From: Escherichia coli O127:H6 str. E2348/69 | GTDB lineage: Bacteria; Pseudomonadota; Gammaproteobacteria; Enterobacterales; Enterobacteriaceae | Direction: 5' to 3' (one strand) | NCBI RefSeq assembly: GCF_000026545.1 | Contig: NC_011601.1 | DNA length: 64,000 bases | In this document: in pieces, positions 38,337-48,128 of the stretch | Layout of the letters: each line of letters begins with the position of its first letter | Position numbering within the stretch: the first letter of the stretch is position 1 | The notes under the pieces: model-generated | What the model saw: the letters and a program-made list of their open reading frames with translations, nothing else | Told to the model about the DNA's origin: nothing | Database searches by the model: none | Made by a program: the position numbers and the translations under genes

Positions 38337-39205
38337 TGTCCATTTTAATTGATAAAAACACCAAGGTTATCTGCCAGGGCTTTACCGGTAGCCAGGGGAC
38401 TTTCCACTCAGAACAGGCCATTGCATACGGCACTAAAATGGTTGGCGGCGTAACCCCAGGTAAAGGCGGTACTACCCACCTCGGCCTGCCGGTGTTCAAC
38501 ACCGTGCGTGAAGCTGTTGCTGCTACTGGCGCTACCGCCTCTGTTATCTACGTACCAGCACCGTTCTGCAAAGACTCCATTCTGGAAGCTATCGATGCAG
38601 GCATCAAACTGATTATCACCATCACTGAAGGCATCCCGACGCTGGATATGCTGATTGTGAAAGTGAAACTGGATGAAGCAGGCGTTCGTATGATCGGCCC
38701 GAACTGCCCAGGCGTTATCACCCCGGGGGAATGCAAAATCGGTATCCAGCCGGGTCACATTCACAAACCAGGTAAAGTGGGTATCGTTTCCCGTTCCGGT
38801 ACGCTGACCTATGAAGCGGTTAAACAGACCACGGATTACGGTTTCGGTCAGTCGACCTGTGTTGGTATCGGCGGCGACCCGATCCCTGGCTCTAACTTTA
38901 TCGACATCCTCGAAATGTTCGAAAAAGATCCGCAGACCGAAGCGATCGTGATGATCGGTGAGATCGGCGGTAGCGCTGAAGAAGAAGCAGCGGCGTACAT
39001 CAAGGAGCACGTTACCAAGCCAGTTGTGGGTTACATCGCTGGTGTGACTGCGCCGAAAGGCAAACGTATGGGTCACGCAGGTGCGATCATTGCCGGTGGT
39101 AAAGGGACTGCGGATGAGAAATTCGCAGCTCTGGAAGCCGCAGGCGTGAAAACCGTTCGCAGCCTGGCGGATATCGGTGAAGCACTGAAAACTGTTCTGC
39201 AATAA
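38336..39205 (+). CDS. sucD: Succinyl-CoA synthetase alpha subunit
   Basis: 289-aa ORF; ATG overlaps the sucC stop; CoA-binding fold, phospho-His region. Confidence 0.97.
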   Translation: MSILIDKNTKVICQGFTGSQGTFHSEQAIAYGTKMVGGVTPGKGGTTHLGLPVFNTVREAVAATGATASVIYVPAPFCKDSILEAIDAGIKLIITITEGIPTLDMLIVKVKLDEAGVRMIGPNCPGVITPGECKIGIQPGHIHKPGKVGIVSRSGTLTYEAVKQTTDYGFGQSTCVGIGGDPIPGSNFIDILEMFEKDPQTEAIVMIGEIGGSAEEEAAAYIKEHVTKPVVGYIAGVTAPKGKRMGHAGAIIAGGKGTADEKFAALEAAGVKTVRSLADIGEALKTVLQ

Positions 39206-39305
39206 ATATCTGTAATAAGAAATAGCCCTCGCCGCTTCCCTCTACAGGAATGGCGAAGGGCTGTCGGTTTCGACATGGTTGGCCATCATATGATGGCCTT
39301 TTTTA
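39206..39305 (+). ncRNA. sdhX: SdhX (RybD) sRNA derived from the sucD 3'UTR
   Basis: About 100 nt between the sucD stop and the intrinsic terminator (ggccatcatatgatggcc plus TTTTTTAT); position matches the described 3'UTR-derived sRNA. Confidence 0.6.
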
Positions 39306-39308
39306 TGC

Positions 39309-40031
39309 TTATCGCGATGATTTTCGCTGCGCTATCAGGGTAAATTTATAGTCATCGGTATTAAAAGCGTTGCGGCTATATTCAAACACCCGGCCATCAA
39401 CTAAATATCCACGCGATACTTTTTCAAGAATCGGCTTAGTCTGGCTGATATTAAGCAGACGGCTCATTTCTTCGGTTGGCATCAGAGGAATGATTTCCTG
39501 TTCGCTACGATCGATAACCATTTTCTTCACTTCTTCAATAAAGTGATATTTCGAATTTTCCATGACCTGCCAGGTGAGATCCGGGAACAACGCAAGCGGC
39601 ATCCAGGTTTCTTCCAGCGCCATTGGCTTTTGCTTGCGATAGCGCACGCGCTTCACATGCCACACACGATCCTGTGGGGTGATTTGTAGCTGTTGCTGAA
39701 GAAAATCGTCAGCCGGAATCACTTCGAATATCAGAACTTCACTGTGTGTATCGACGTGACGGTCCGTCAGTTTTTCATCAAAACTGGTTAACTGAAAAAT
39801 ATCGTAATTGACCCGCTCTTCTTTTACGTAAGTCCCGCTGCCCTGAATACTTTCGAGGATCTGCTGTTCAACTAACTGGCGCAAAGCCTGACGCACCGTA
39901 ACCCGGCTGACGCCAAACTCTGTTTGTAGCGCTGATTCAGTGGGTAACGCATCGCCAGGTTTAAGCTCGCCACGCGCAATTTGCTCACGAATGCGATCAG
40001 CAATCTGTCGGTATAAGGGTTTCCGTCCCAT
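39309..40031 (-). CDS. mngR: GntR-family repressor MngR (FarR)
   Basis: 240-aa ORF with N-terminal GntR helix-turn-helix and UTRA-type effector domain. Confidence 0.93.
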   Translation of the reverse strand: MGRKPLYRQIADRIREQIARGELKPGDALPTESALQTEFGVSRVTVRQALRQLVEQQILESIQGSGTYVKEERVNYDIFQLTSFDEKLTDRHVDTHSEVLIFEVIPADDFLQQQLQITPQDRVWHVKRVRYRKQKPMALEETWMPLALFPDLTWQVMENSKYHFIEEVKKMVIDRSEQEIIPLMPTEEMSRLLNISQTKPILEKVSRGYLVDGRVFEYSRNAFNTDDYKFTLIAQRKSSR

Positions 40032-40140
40032 GATTTAGCATCTCATTAATACGAATTTAGCCATTATGCCCGATAAATTCATCCTGCAAATAATACAAAT
40101 ACAATACAAATAATTTCAATAAAGTGAAATTGATCACATA

Positions 40141-40531
40141 ATGGTGTTGTTTTATCGGGCACACTGGCGCGACTATAAAAACGATCAAGTGAGGATCATG
40201 ATGAATCTGACGACTCTGACCCACCGCGATGCGTTGTGTCTGAATGCGCGCTTTACCAGCCGTGAAGAGGCCATCCACGCGTTGACTCAACGTCTTGCTG
40301 CTCTGGGGAAAATTTCCAGTACTGAGCAATTTCTGAAAGAAGTGTATTGCCGTGAAAGCCTTGGCCCGACCGCCTTAGGTGAAGGGCTGGCTGTGCCGCA
40401 TGGCAAAACTGCTGCGGTAAAAGAAGCGGCGTTTGCGGTCGCCACACTCAGCGAGCCGCTTCAGTGGGAAGGCGTGGATGGCCCGGAAGCGGTTGATTTA
40501 GTGGTGTTGCTGGCGATTCCCCCCAATGAAG
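40141..40531 (+). pseudogene. mngA: mngA 5' fragment (PTS EIIA domain of the mannosylglycerate permease), truncated by the IS50-like element
   Basis: About 131 codons of the PTS fructose-type EIIA domain (…GLAVPHGKTAA… phospho-His region) run directly into the IS left end at 40532, where the frame continues into IS sequence and stops. Confidence 0.8.
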
Positions 40532-42081
40532 CTGTCTCTTATACACAAATCCCCACCCGGGGATTTGTGATGTCTGTCAGTCTGCTTTAGGGGGACTCTT
40601 TCCATCCGGTAGTTTCCTTCCTCCCCGGCAGCGATTTTTTGAACTTTTTCCTCACCCGTTGATCTTCTCTTATATTTCATTTTCTTCGGGTCTGTTATGG
40701 TACTTTCTGATTGTTATTCATGGGCTAACGAGCAGTTTGGACATGCCCGTCTCGGTGATCCGCGTCGTACACGACGCCTTGTGTCACTGGCCTCTTCTCT
40801 CGCTCAGCATGCAGGTCTTTCTATTGTGAAATCATCCCAGTCCACTGCTCAGGTTGAAGGTGCGTACCGCCTGATACGTAACCCGTCTGTGTCCCCGCAA
40901 GCCATTGCCGAAGCCGGATTTACCGCCACTGTAAGGGCATGTGAGGCTCATCCGCTGCTCCTCGCGCTGGAAGACACCACCACCATTAACTTCAGTCACA
41001 GTACGGCATCTGATGACCTGGGGAATACCACCACTAACCCGAAGACGCGCGGGCTGCTGGCTCACTCTGTCCTGATGTACGCCCCCGACAGCGCCCTGCC
41101 AGTCGGTCTTATCGAACAGCAGCGCTGGAGTCGTGCCACGGACACCTACGGTGTTAAGCACCAGCGAAAAGAACGTCCCTATGAAGAAAAAGAAAGTTAC
41201 CGCTGGCAGCAGGCTTCGGAGCGCATGGCCGAACGGCTGGGGGAGATACAGAAACGGGTAATCACTGTCTGTGACCGGGAAGCGGATATCTGGCATTACC
41301 TGCATTATAAAGTCAGCCACGGGCAGCGCTTCGTGGTGCGTGCAGCACAGAATCGCCGGCTGGAAGAAGCACCCGGCAAGCTCTTCGAACTGCCGGAAGT
41401 CCTGGCAACCGCGGGAAGCCACACGCTGAATGTGATGCAAAAAGGCGGGCGGGCAGCCCGCCAGGCCCGGATGTTCATCAGTTACAGCGAAGTCAGCATA
41501 AAAAATCCCGACAACAGCGGCCAGGCGCTCCCGCTCACGTATGTCTGTTGCCGGGAGCAGGCAGAGGACGGCGCCTGCTGGCATCTGCTGACGTCAGAAA
41601 AAGTGGCGAGTGCCGCCGATGCGCGACGTATCGTCAGCCATTACGAGCGACGCTGGCTGATAGAGGAATACCACAAGGCGTGGAAAAGTGGTGGTACATG
41701 TGTGGAATCGCTGCGAATGCAGACCCGGGATAACCTCGAGCGCATGGTGGTTATCAAGGCGTTTATCGCGGTGCGGGTGCTGGGCCTGCGGCAGGGCGGT
41801 ATCAGTGAAGAAACACAAAATGACAGCTGTGAGAAAATACTGACGCCGACAGAGTGGAAACTGCTGTGGGTTAAGCTGGAAGGAAAACCGCTTCCGTCAC
41901 AGATGCCGACACTGAAATGGGCCTGTCTGAAACTGGCGAAACTGGGGCGATGGCATGACAGCAAACGCACCGGTCGCCCCGGTTGGGTAGTCATGTGGGA
42001 TGGCTGGTTCAGACTTCAGGATATGGTTGAGGGTTACCTGGTGATGAAGTCTCTTGATCAGGAGATCTGATCAAGAGACAG
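40532..42081 (+). mobile_element. IS50-like insertion sequence (IS4 family), about 1.55 kb, with asymmetric OE-like and IE-like termini
   Basis: Left terminus CTGTCTCTTATACACAAAT (IS50 outside-end-like); right terminus on the complementary strand CTGTCTCTTGATCAGATCT (IS50 inside-end-like, two GATC sites); one 457-aa DDE transposase ORF fills the element; the 9 bp flanking the two ends differ (ccaatgaag vs cccgggcga), so there is no target-site duplication. Confidence 0.85.
40697..42070 (+). CDS. IS4-family (IS50/Tn5-like) DDE transposase
   Basis: 457-aa ORF; clear similarity to Tn5 transposase as recalled (LGDPRRT…, …LEDTT…, …VCDREADI…, …RWLIEEYHKAWKSG…), with all three DDE catalytic-residue contexts present. 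Confidence 0.85.
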   Translation: MVLSDCYSWANEQFGHARLGDPRRTRRLVSLASSLAQHAGLSIVKSSQSTAQVEGAYRLIRNPSVSPQAIAEAGFTATVRACEAHPLLLALEDTTTINFSHSTASDDLGNTTTNPKTRGLLAHSVLMYAPDSALPVGLIEQQRWSRATDTYGVKHQRKERPYEEKESYRWQQASERMAERLGEIQKRVITVCDREADIWHYLHYKVSHGQRFVVRAAQNRRLEEAPGKLFELPEVLATAGSHTLNVMQKGGRAARQARMFISYSEVSIKNPDNSGQALPLTYVCCREQAEDGACWHLLTSEKVASAADARRIVSHYERRWLIEEYHKAWKSGGTCVESLRMQTRDNLERMVVIKAFIAVRVLGLRQGGISEETQNDSCEKILTPTEWKLLWVKLEGKPLPSQMPTLKWACLKLAKLGRWHDSKRTGRPGWVVMWDGWFRLQDMVEGYLVMKSLDQEI

Positions 42082-42142
42082 CCCGGGCGAAGAGGGCTGC
42101 TTTGGTCCACGTCGATCCAATATCGACAGAGACGATTTGCAT
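42082..42142 (-). pseudogene. 20-codon 5' stub of a glmL/mutL-like gene (glutamate mutase reactivase component), cut by the IS right end
   Basis: Minus-strand ATG overlapping the glmS-like stop (TGATG) opens [20 protein letters not shown], an ASKHA-type N-terminal phosphate-1 motif, and runs directly into the IS end. Confidence 0.55.
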
Positions 42143-42591
42143 CAGATTGCCTCTTCAAGAATACGAGTATCAACGTCATGACGTTGGTTGATATCGTGGG
42201 CCATCAGCTGACAAACATCTTCTAAGTCATGACTTGGGGCAAAGACGCGATCAAATCCCATCTCTTTGAATTTGGTTTCCACGTCAGCGAAGTCATGTTT
42301 TCCGACCACCAGGTTACCGCCCACATAGAGCAGGATGTCCCCCAGTCCACGCTCGATGCAGCGTTCGCGCATGCCCAGACAGTCGATATCGCCATGCCCA
42401 TAGATAGAGGAGACGACAATCGCGTCAGCGCCAGTTTCAATGGCCGCATCAATATATTCGTCCTGGCTGACCATTACGCCCAGATTAATGACTCTGAAGC
42501 CATGGTTGCTAAAAACGCGGTCCAGAACTTTATTGCCTACTGCATGGCAGTCCGCGCCAATAACGCCAATCACAAGTGTTGCTTTCTTCAT
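42142..42591 (-). CDS. Methylaspartate (glutamate) mutase S-subunit-like cobalamin-binding protein
   Basis: 149 aa from [21 protein letters not shown]… with an AAGGA ribosome-binding site 7 nt upstream; carries the DxHxxG B12-binding motif (DCHAVG) and is closely similar to the clostridial GlmS/MutS S chain as I recall it. Confidence 0.75.
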   Translation of the reverse strand: MKKATLVIGVIGADCHAVGNKVLDRVFSNHGFRVINLGVMVSQDEYIDAAIETGADAIVVSSIYGHGDIDCLGMRERCIERGLGDILLYVGGNLVVGKHDFADVETKFKEMGFDRVFAPSHDLEDVCQLMAHDINQRHDVDTRILEEAI

Positions 42592-43137
42592 GGGTAATCC
42601 TTTGTAAGACAGAGAGTAAAATAAGTTACACACGTCGTATTTATGGCCGTTCATAACGGCACAGGTTTAATATCACAGGAGTGTCTTTATCTGACCGTAA
42701 TGTTGCAATTGATCTATTTTCAAAATGTCTTTCGGGAAATGATTGTTTAAAGTATGTTGTTAAATTCTCATGTTAATTCAGTGTGTTATGTCAACTAATG
42801 TCATGAATGTTAAATTTTTAAAATTAACTTGATTTGGTGTATTGAGGTATTTGTGATCTACTTCTAATTTGCATTTTAGTGATATGGGTTTAGCCATGAG
42901 TAAATGCATTTCATAAAATTTAAGTCGAATTTCACTGCAATTCATCTCTGCTTAATGTAAAAATAATGTTGAAAATAACAAATGGTTAATGATTCATGCG
43001 AATTATGACCTTAGTTAGCTCTTTTGATTTTTCGTAAAAAAGAGAGGTACATGAAGGTGCTACCAGTATGAGTAACGTTAATCAAAGGTTTTATTACCTC
43101 TGGCAATAACGCAGGCCATTTTCGCGACTGGGTGGAT

Positions 43138-43560
43138 TTAATCAGTATAATCCTCATACAATAGTTCACGATTAACTGAACCGTTAACGGGGATTTGGTG
43201 TTGAAATTTAGAAATGGCGGAGTCAATTAATGAAGACAATATCGAAAAAATGACAGTGTCAGAATTAATTTCAATTAATCCTTCTCGTTGTTGACCAAAA
43301 AAGATATTTATCTTGATTTCATTTGTACTACGGCAATCAATATGTAGTAATTTTTGATCGCTGAGATTTTCTGTTTCATAAATGTTTTTGGCGATAGTCG
43401 GATGAATTGATGCCAGACATCTGCTCAGATAAGCCAGTTCCTTTAGGGAACACCCCGCTGAGTAGAGGATGTCAGAGAATTTTTGTGTGTCAACTGTTGT
43501 CTCTGAAGCGTATGTTGCATTGACAGGAAGGGTGTTGAAAGAGATTTGAGATGGGATCAT
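43138..43560 (-). CDS. Hypothetical protein, 140 aa, no recognisable domain; downstream gene of the AT-rich two-gene cassette
   Basis: ORF-track ORF MIPSQISFNTLPVNATYASE…; GGAAAG about 10 nt upstream; AT-rich codon usage unlike the flanking core genes; no signal peptide or TM segment apparent. Confidence 0.5.
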   Translation of the reverse strand: MIPSQISFNTLPVNATYASETTVDTQKFSDILYSAGCSLKELAYLSRCLASIHPTIAKNIYETENLSDQKLLHIDCRSTNEIKINIFFGQQREGLIEINSDTVIFSILSSLIDSAISKFQHQIPVNGSVNRELLYEDYTD

Positions 43561-43640
43561 TATTTAAATCTTTCCGTGAGTAATAAAAATTAATCCCCGG
43601 GCATTGTTTAGCAATATTTGCCACAGGGAATATATAAAAA

Positions 43641-44585
43641 TTAAAGTATTTGATTGGCATCGGTTAACTGATCAATAACCAGTGCCAGATTGGTAAACAT
43701 TTTGAAAAAGCGATACTGGCTCGGAATATCTCTTTCAAAGACGAAACATTCAATGTCATTGTTTGAAAAATAAAGGACTAGTGTTGCTGATTCGTCAGGA
43801 AAAATATGGAAATATATCTGGTTACCAGAAGGAGGATAGTCCAGAAGAAGGGTATCTTTGCCCGTCACATACCTGTTGTGGTCGTGGATGCTGCGCTCAC
43901 ACTTCATCAGAGGTGTCATGATACTCATGTATTCATCTGATGTTAATATATTAAAATCACCATCCATTTTAAAGAAACGATAAAGTAACAGTACATCCTC
44001 TTGCGTAACCGGTTCGTTTGTTTTTAGAGGGAAATAAGTGGGAACCAGAAGATGAGGTTCTAATCTATTTTGTTGAGCGCTATAACTAAATTTGAACATA
44101 AATTCCGGATCGCTCATCAATTGAGCGACATAATTATGCCTGGCTTCAAAAATTTTAACTTTTATCAGGTTAAATAAGTCTGTTTCGTCATCCTGTATTA
44201 AAAGACATTGGCCATAGCAGTCAGGCTTTTTTTCATTATAAGCAGAAACGGTTATTCTGTCAGGAGTGTCAACGTTATATCCAAAAGCCAGATAGTGACC
44301 GTCCTCATCGAGATTTGTTTCCAGGTTATTTAAATTTATCACATGAAGTGTTTGCAATGCTGATTCAATGAGCTGTTGACTCTCTGAGGTAAATGTTTCG
44401 CGCTGCGTTGTATAAAGTGTATCGATTCCAACGACTATCCGATATGGGTCAAGGATGGCGGCAATCATCTTTATTACCTGCACAGTCACGGGTGATGTCA
44501 TTGATTCGTTATCTGTTTTTAGAGGATCATTAGATGGCCAACCTGAGAAGCGATTGACAGCCGAACCGATATTATCAGGACTCAT
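43641..44585 (-). CDS. Hypothetical protein, 314 aa, no recognisable domain; upstream gene of the AT-rich two-gene cassette
   Basis: ORF-track ORF MSPDNIGSAVNRFSGWPSNDPL…; GAGG 8 nt upstream of the ATG; AT-rich; acidic, no TM segments; 80-bp gap to the 140-aa ORF on the same strand. Confidence 0.55.
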   Translation of the reverse strand: MSPDNIGSAVNRFSGWPSNDPLKTDNESMTSPVTVQVIKMIAAILDPYRIVVGIDTLYTTQRETFTSESQQLIESALQTLHVINLNNLETNLDEDGHYLAFGYNVDTPDRITVSAYNEKKPDCYGQCLLIQDDETDLFNLIKVKIFEARHNYVAQLMSDPEFMFKFSYSAQQNRLEPHLLVPTYFPLKTNEPVTQEDVLLLYRFFKMDGDFNILTSDEYMSIMTPLMKCERSIHDHNRYVTGKDTLLLDYPPSGNQIYFHIFPDESATLVLYFSNNDIECFVFERDIPSQYRFFKMFTNLALVIDQLTDANQIL

Positions 44586-45039
44586 AGCAGCAACCTCATT
44601 GTAATCAAGCGAGGCGCTGAGCGTACTCGGCTATAGAAAAACTAACTTGCAAAAATCGCTCATTTTTCATTTATCAGGCGAAAGTGGTCTCTGTTCACTC
44701 AGAAACAATCACTCCCGCTAAGTCATACCTGTTTCATCGATACATTTAAGTGATTATTACTAATGAAACAATAACATAACGGGCTTACGGCCGGTGCTCA
44801 TAAAGGCAACAATCAATTAACTTTGATAAAAATATGTTATGTAAAATAGCAACAAATTGGCTAATCTAATCAATTGGTATTATAAAAAGTGGATAAGGCG
44901 GTTCTGTTAAATAAAACACTGGTTTTTTATCTATACCTTTTCATTGTAATAATTGTGTTGCATAAATATTTCACAATAAATTAACAATAAAATCACCAAT
45001 GATCTATGGTTTATACATAATTAACATATTTGGTTGGTT

Positions 45040-45053
45040 TTGATATAAATCAA
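45040..45053. promoter_or_regulatory. FNR-box-like site (TTGAT-N4-ATCAA) in the cydAB upstream regulatory region
   Basis: ttgatataaatcaa is an exact match to the FNR half-site consensus spacing, within the long AT-rich cydA upstream region. Confidence 0.45.
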
Positions 45054-45390
45054 TTTTTAATTCTTGAAAAAAATCTGCAAAACACGATAAATTGTCGTAG
45101 ATCAAATTGGTGAGATCGTGACAATTTCGCTATAAATTGATCACTGTCGAAAAATGCAAATTTGCTCAATAAAAACCTGTTTATTGTAAGGATTTTGCGG
45201 CGTAATATAATTACGGGATCAATTTGGTTTATTCATTAACATATTTGTAACTTTTTTATCATTGTCTTTTCCTCTTTTGATGAAATGGCAACGATAGAGG
45301 CGAGCAAATAATTTTGTATTGGGGCATGCGTGTGACCCTTTCTAACGGGGTTCACTCTCGGAGTCTTCATGCGATGAGCAAGGAGTCATG

Positions 45391-46959
45391 ATGTTAGATA
45401 TAGTCGAACTGTCGCGCTTACAGTTTGCCTTGACCGCGATGTACCACTTCCTTTTTGTGCCACTGACGCTCGGTATGGCGTTCCTGCTGGCCATTATGGA
45501 AACGGTCTACGTCCTTTCCGGCAAACAGATTTATAAAGATATGACCAAGTTCTGGGGCAAGTTGTTTGGTATCAACTTCGCTCTGGGTGTGGCTACCGGT
45601 CTGACCATGGAGTTCCAGTTCGGGACTAACTGGTCTTACTATTCCCACTATGTAGGGGATATCTTCGGTGCGCCGCTGGCAATCGAAGGTCTGATGGCCT
45701 TCTTCCTCGAATCCACCTTTGTAGGTCTGTTCTTCTTCGGTTGGGATCGTCTGGGTAAAGTTCAGCATATGTGTGTCACCTGGCTGGTGGCGCTCGGTTC
45801 AAACCTGTCCGCACTGTGGATTCTGGTTGCGAACGGCTGGATGCAAAACCCAATCGCGTCCGATTTCAACTTTGAAACTATGCGTATGGAGATGGTGAGC
45901 TTCTCCGAGCTGGTGCTTAACCCGGTTGCTCAGGTGAAATTCGTTCACACTGTAGCGTCTGGTTATGTGACTGGCGCGATGTTCATCCTCGGTATCAGCG
46001 CATGGTATATGCTGAAAGGTCGTGACTTCGCCTTCGCTAAACGCTCCTTTGCTATCGCTGCCAGCTTCGGTATGGCTGCCGTTCTGTCTGTTATTGTTCT
46101 GGGTGATGAATCTGGTTACGAAATGGGCGACGTGCAGAAAACCAAACTGGCTGCTATTGAAGCCGAGTGGGAAACGCAACCTGCGCCTGCTGCCTTTACT
46201 CTGTTCGGCATTCCTGATCAGGAAGAGGAGACGAACAAATTTGCGATCCAGATCCCTTACGCGCTGGGCATCATTGCAACGCGTTCCGTGGATACTCCAG
46301 TTATCGGCCTGAAAGAACTGATGGTGCAGCATGAAGAACGCATTCGTAACGGGATGAAGGCGTACTCTCTGCTCGAGCAACTGCGTTCTGGTTCTACCGA
46401 CCAGGCGGTTCGTGACCAGTTCAATAGCATGAAGAAAGACCTCGGTTACGGTCTGCTGCTGAAACGCTATACGCCAAACGTGGCTGATGCGACTGAAGCG
46501 CAGATTCAACAGGCAACCAAAGACTCCATTCCGCGTGTAGCGCCGCTGTACTTCGCGTTCCGTATTATGGTGGCGTGTGGCTTCCTGCTGCTGGCAATCA
46601 TCGCGCTCTCTTTCTGGAGTGTCATCCGCAACCGCATTGGCGAGAAAAAATGGCTGCTGCGCGCCGCGCTGTACGGTATTCCGCTGCCGTGGATTGCTGT
46701 AGAAGCGGGCTGGTTCGTGGCTGAATATGGCCGCCAACCGTGGGCTATCGGTGAAGTGCTGCCGACAGCTGTGGCGAACTCGTCACTGACCGCAGGCGAT
46801 CTCATCTTCTCAATGGTGCTGATTTGCGGCCTGTATACCCTGTTCCTGGTGGCAGAATTGTTCTTAATGTTCAAGTTTGCACGCCTCGGCCCAAGCAGCC
46901 TGAAAACCGGTCGCTATCACTTTGAGCAGTCTTCCACGACTACTCAGCCGGCACGCTAA
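45391..46959 (+). CDS. cydA: Cytochrome bd-I ubiquinol oxidase subunit I
   Basis: 522 aa from [28 protein letters not shown]…; the supplied ORF starts one Met earlier. Confidence 0.96.
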
Positions 46960-46974
46960 GACAGGAGTCGTCAA

Positions 46975-48114
46975 ATGATCGATTATGAAGTATTGCGTTT
47001 TATCTGGTGGCTGCTGGTTGGCGTTCTGCTGATTGGTTTTGCAGTCACTGACGGTTTCGACATGGGGGTGGGCATGCTCACCCGTTTCCTCGGTCGTAAC
47101 GACACCGAGCGTCGAATTATGATTAACTCCATTGCACCACACTGGGACGGTAACCAGGTTTGGCTGATCACCGCGGGCGGCGCACTCTTTGCTGCCTGGC
47201 CGATGGTCTATGCCGCTGCGTTCTCCGGCTTCTATGTGGCGATGATCCTCGTGCTGGCGTCTTTGTTCTTCCGTCCGGTCGGTTTTGACTACCGCTCCAA
47301 GATTGAAGAAACCCGCTGGCGTAACATGTGGGACTGGGGCATCTTCATTGGTAGCTTCGTTCCGCCGCTGGTGATTGGTGTAGCGTTCGGTAACCTGTTG
47401 CAGGGCGTACCATTCAACGTTGATGAATATCTGCGTCTGTACTACACCGGTAACTTCTTCCAGCTGCTTAACCCGTTCGGCCTGCTGGCAGGTGTGGTGA
47501 GCGTAGGGATGATCATTACTCAGGGCGCAACCTATCTGCAAATGCGTACCGTGGGCGAACTGCACCTGCGTACCCGTGCAACGGCTCAGGTGGCGGCACT
47601 GGTGACGCTGGTCTGCTTCGCACTGGCTGGCGTATGGGTGATGTACGGTATCGATGGTTATGTCGTGAAATCGACAATGGACCATTACGCAGCCTCTAAC
47701 CCGCTGAATAAAGAAGTGGTTCGTGAAGCTGGTGCATGGCTGGTTAACTTCAACAACACGCCAATTCTGTGGGCTATTCCGGCACTGGGTGTGGTTCTGC
47801 CGCTGCTGACCATCCTGACTGCACGTATGGATAAAGCCGCGTGGGCGTTTGTGTTCTCCTCCCTGACGCTGGCCTGCATCATCCTGACTGCCGGTATCGC
47901 AATGTTCCCGTTTGTGATGCCGTCCAGCACCATGATGAACGCAAGTCTGACAATGTGGGATGCAACTTCCAGCCAGCTGACGCTTAACGTCATGACCTGG
48001 GTTGCGGTGGTTCTGGTACCGATCATTCTGCTCTACACCGCCTGGTGTTACTGGAAAATGTTCGGTCGTATCACCAAAGAAGATATTGAACGTAACACCC
48101 ACTCTCTGTACTAA
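46975..48114 (+). CDS. cydB: Cytochrome bd-I ubiquinol oxidase subunit II
   Basis: 379-aa polytopic ORF immediately after cydA. Confidence 0.96.
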   Translation: MIDYEVLRFIWWLLVGVLLIGFAVTDGFDMGVGMLTRFLGRNDTERRIMINSIAPHWDGNQVWLITAGGALFAAWPMVYAAAFSGFYVAMILVLASLFFRPVGFDYRSKIEETRWRNMWDWGIFIGSFVPPLVIGVAFGNLLQGVPFNVDEYLRLYYTGNFFQLLNPFGLLAGVVSVGMIITQGATYLQMRTVGELHLRTRATAQVAALVTLVCFALAGVWVMYGIDGYVVKSTMDHYAASNPLNKEVVREAGAWLVNFNNTPILWAIPALGVVLPLLTILTARMDKAAWAFVFSSLTLACIILTAGIAMFPFVMPSSTMMNASLTMWDATSSQLTLNVMTWVAVVLVPIILLYTAWCYWKMFGRITKEDIERNTHSLY

Positions 48115-48128
48115 GTAAGGAGCTAAAA

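Noticed and set aside
40832-41584. 250-aa minus-strand ORF inside the IS50-like element, plus shorter internal antisense ORFs
   Set aside because: It lies entirely antisense to the transposase gene with no independent support; treated as an overlapping-frame artefact.
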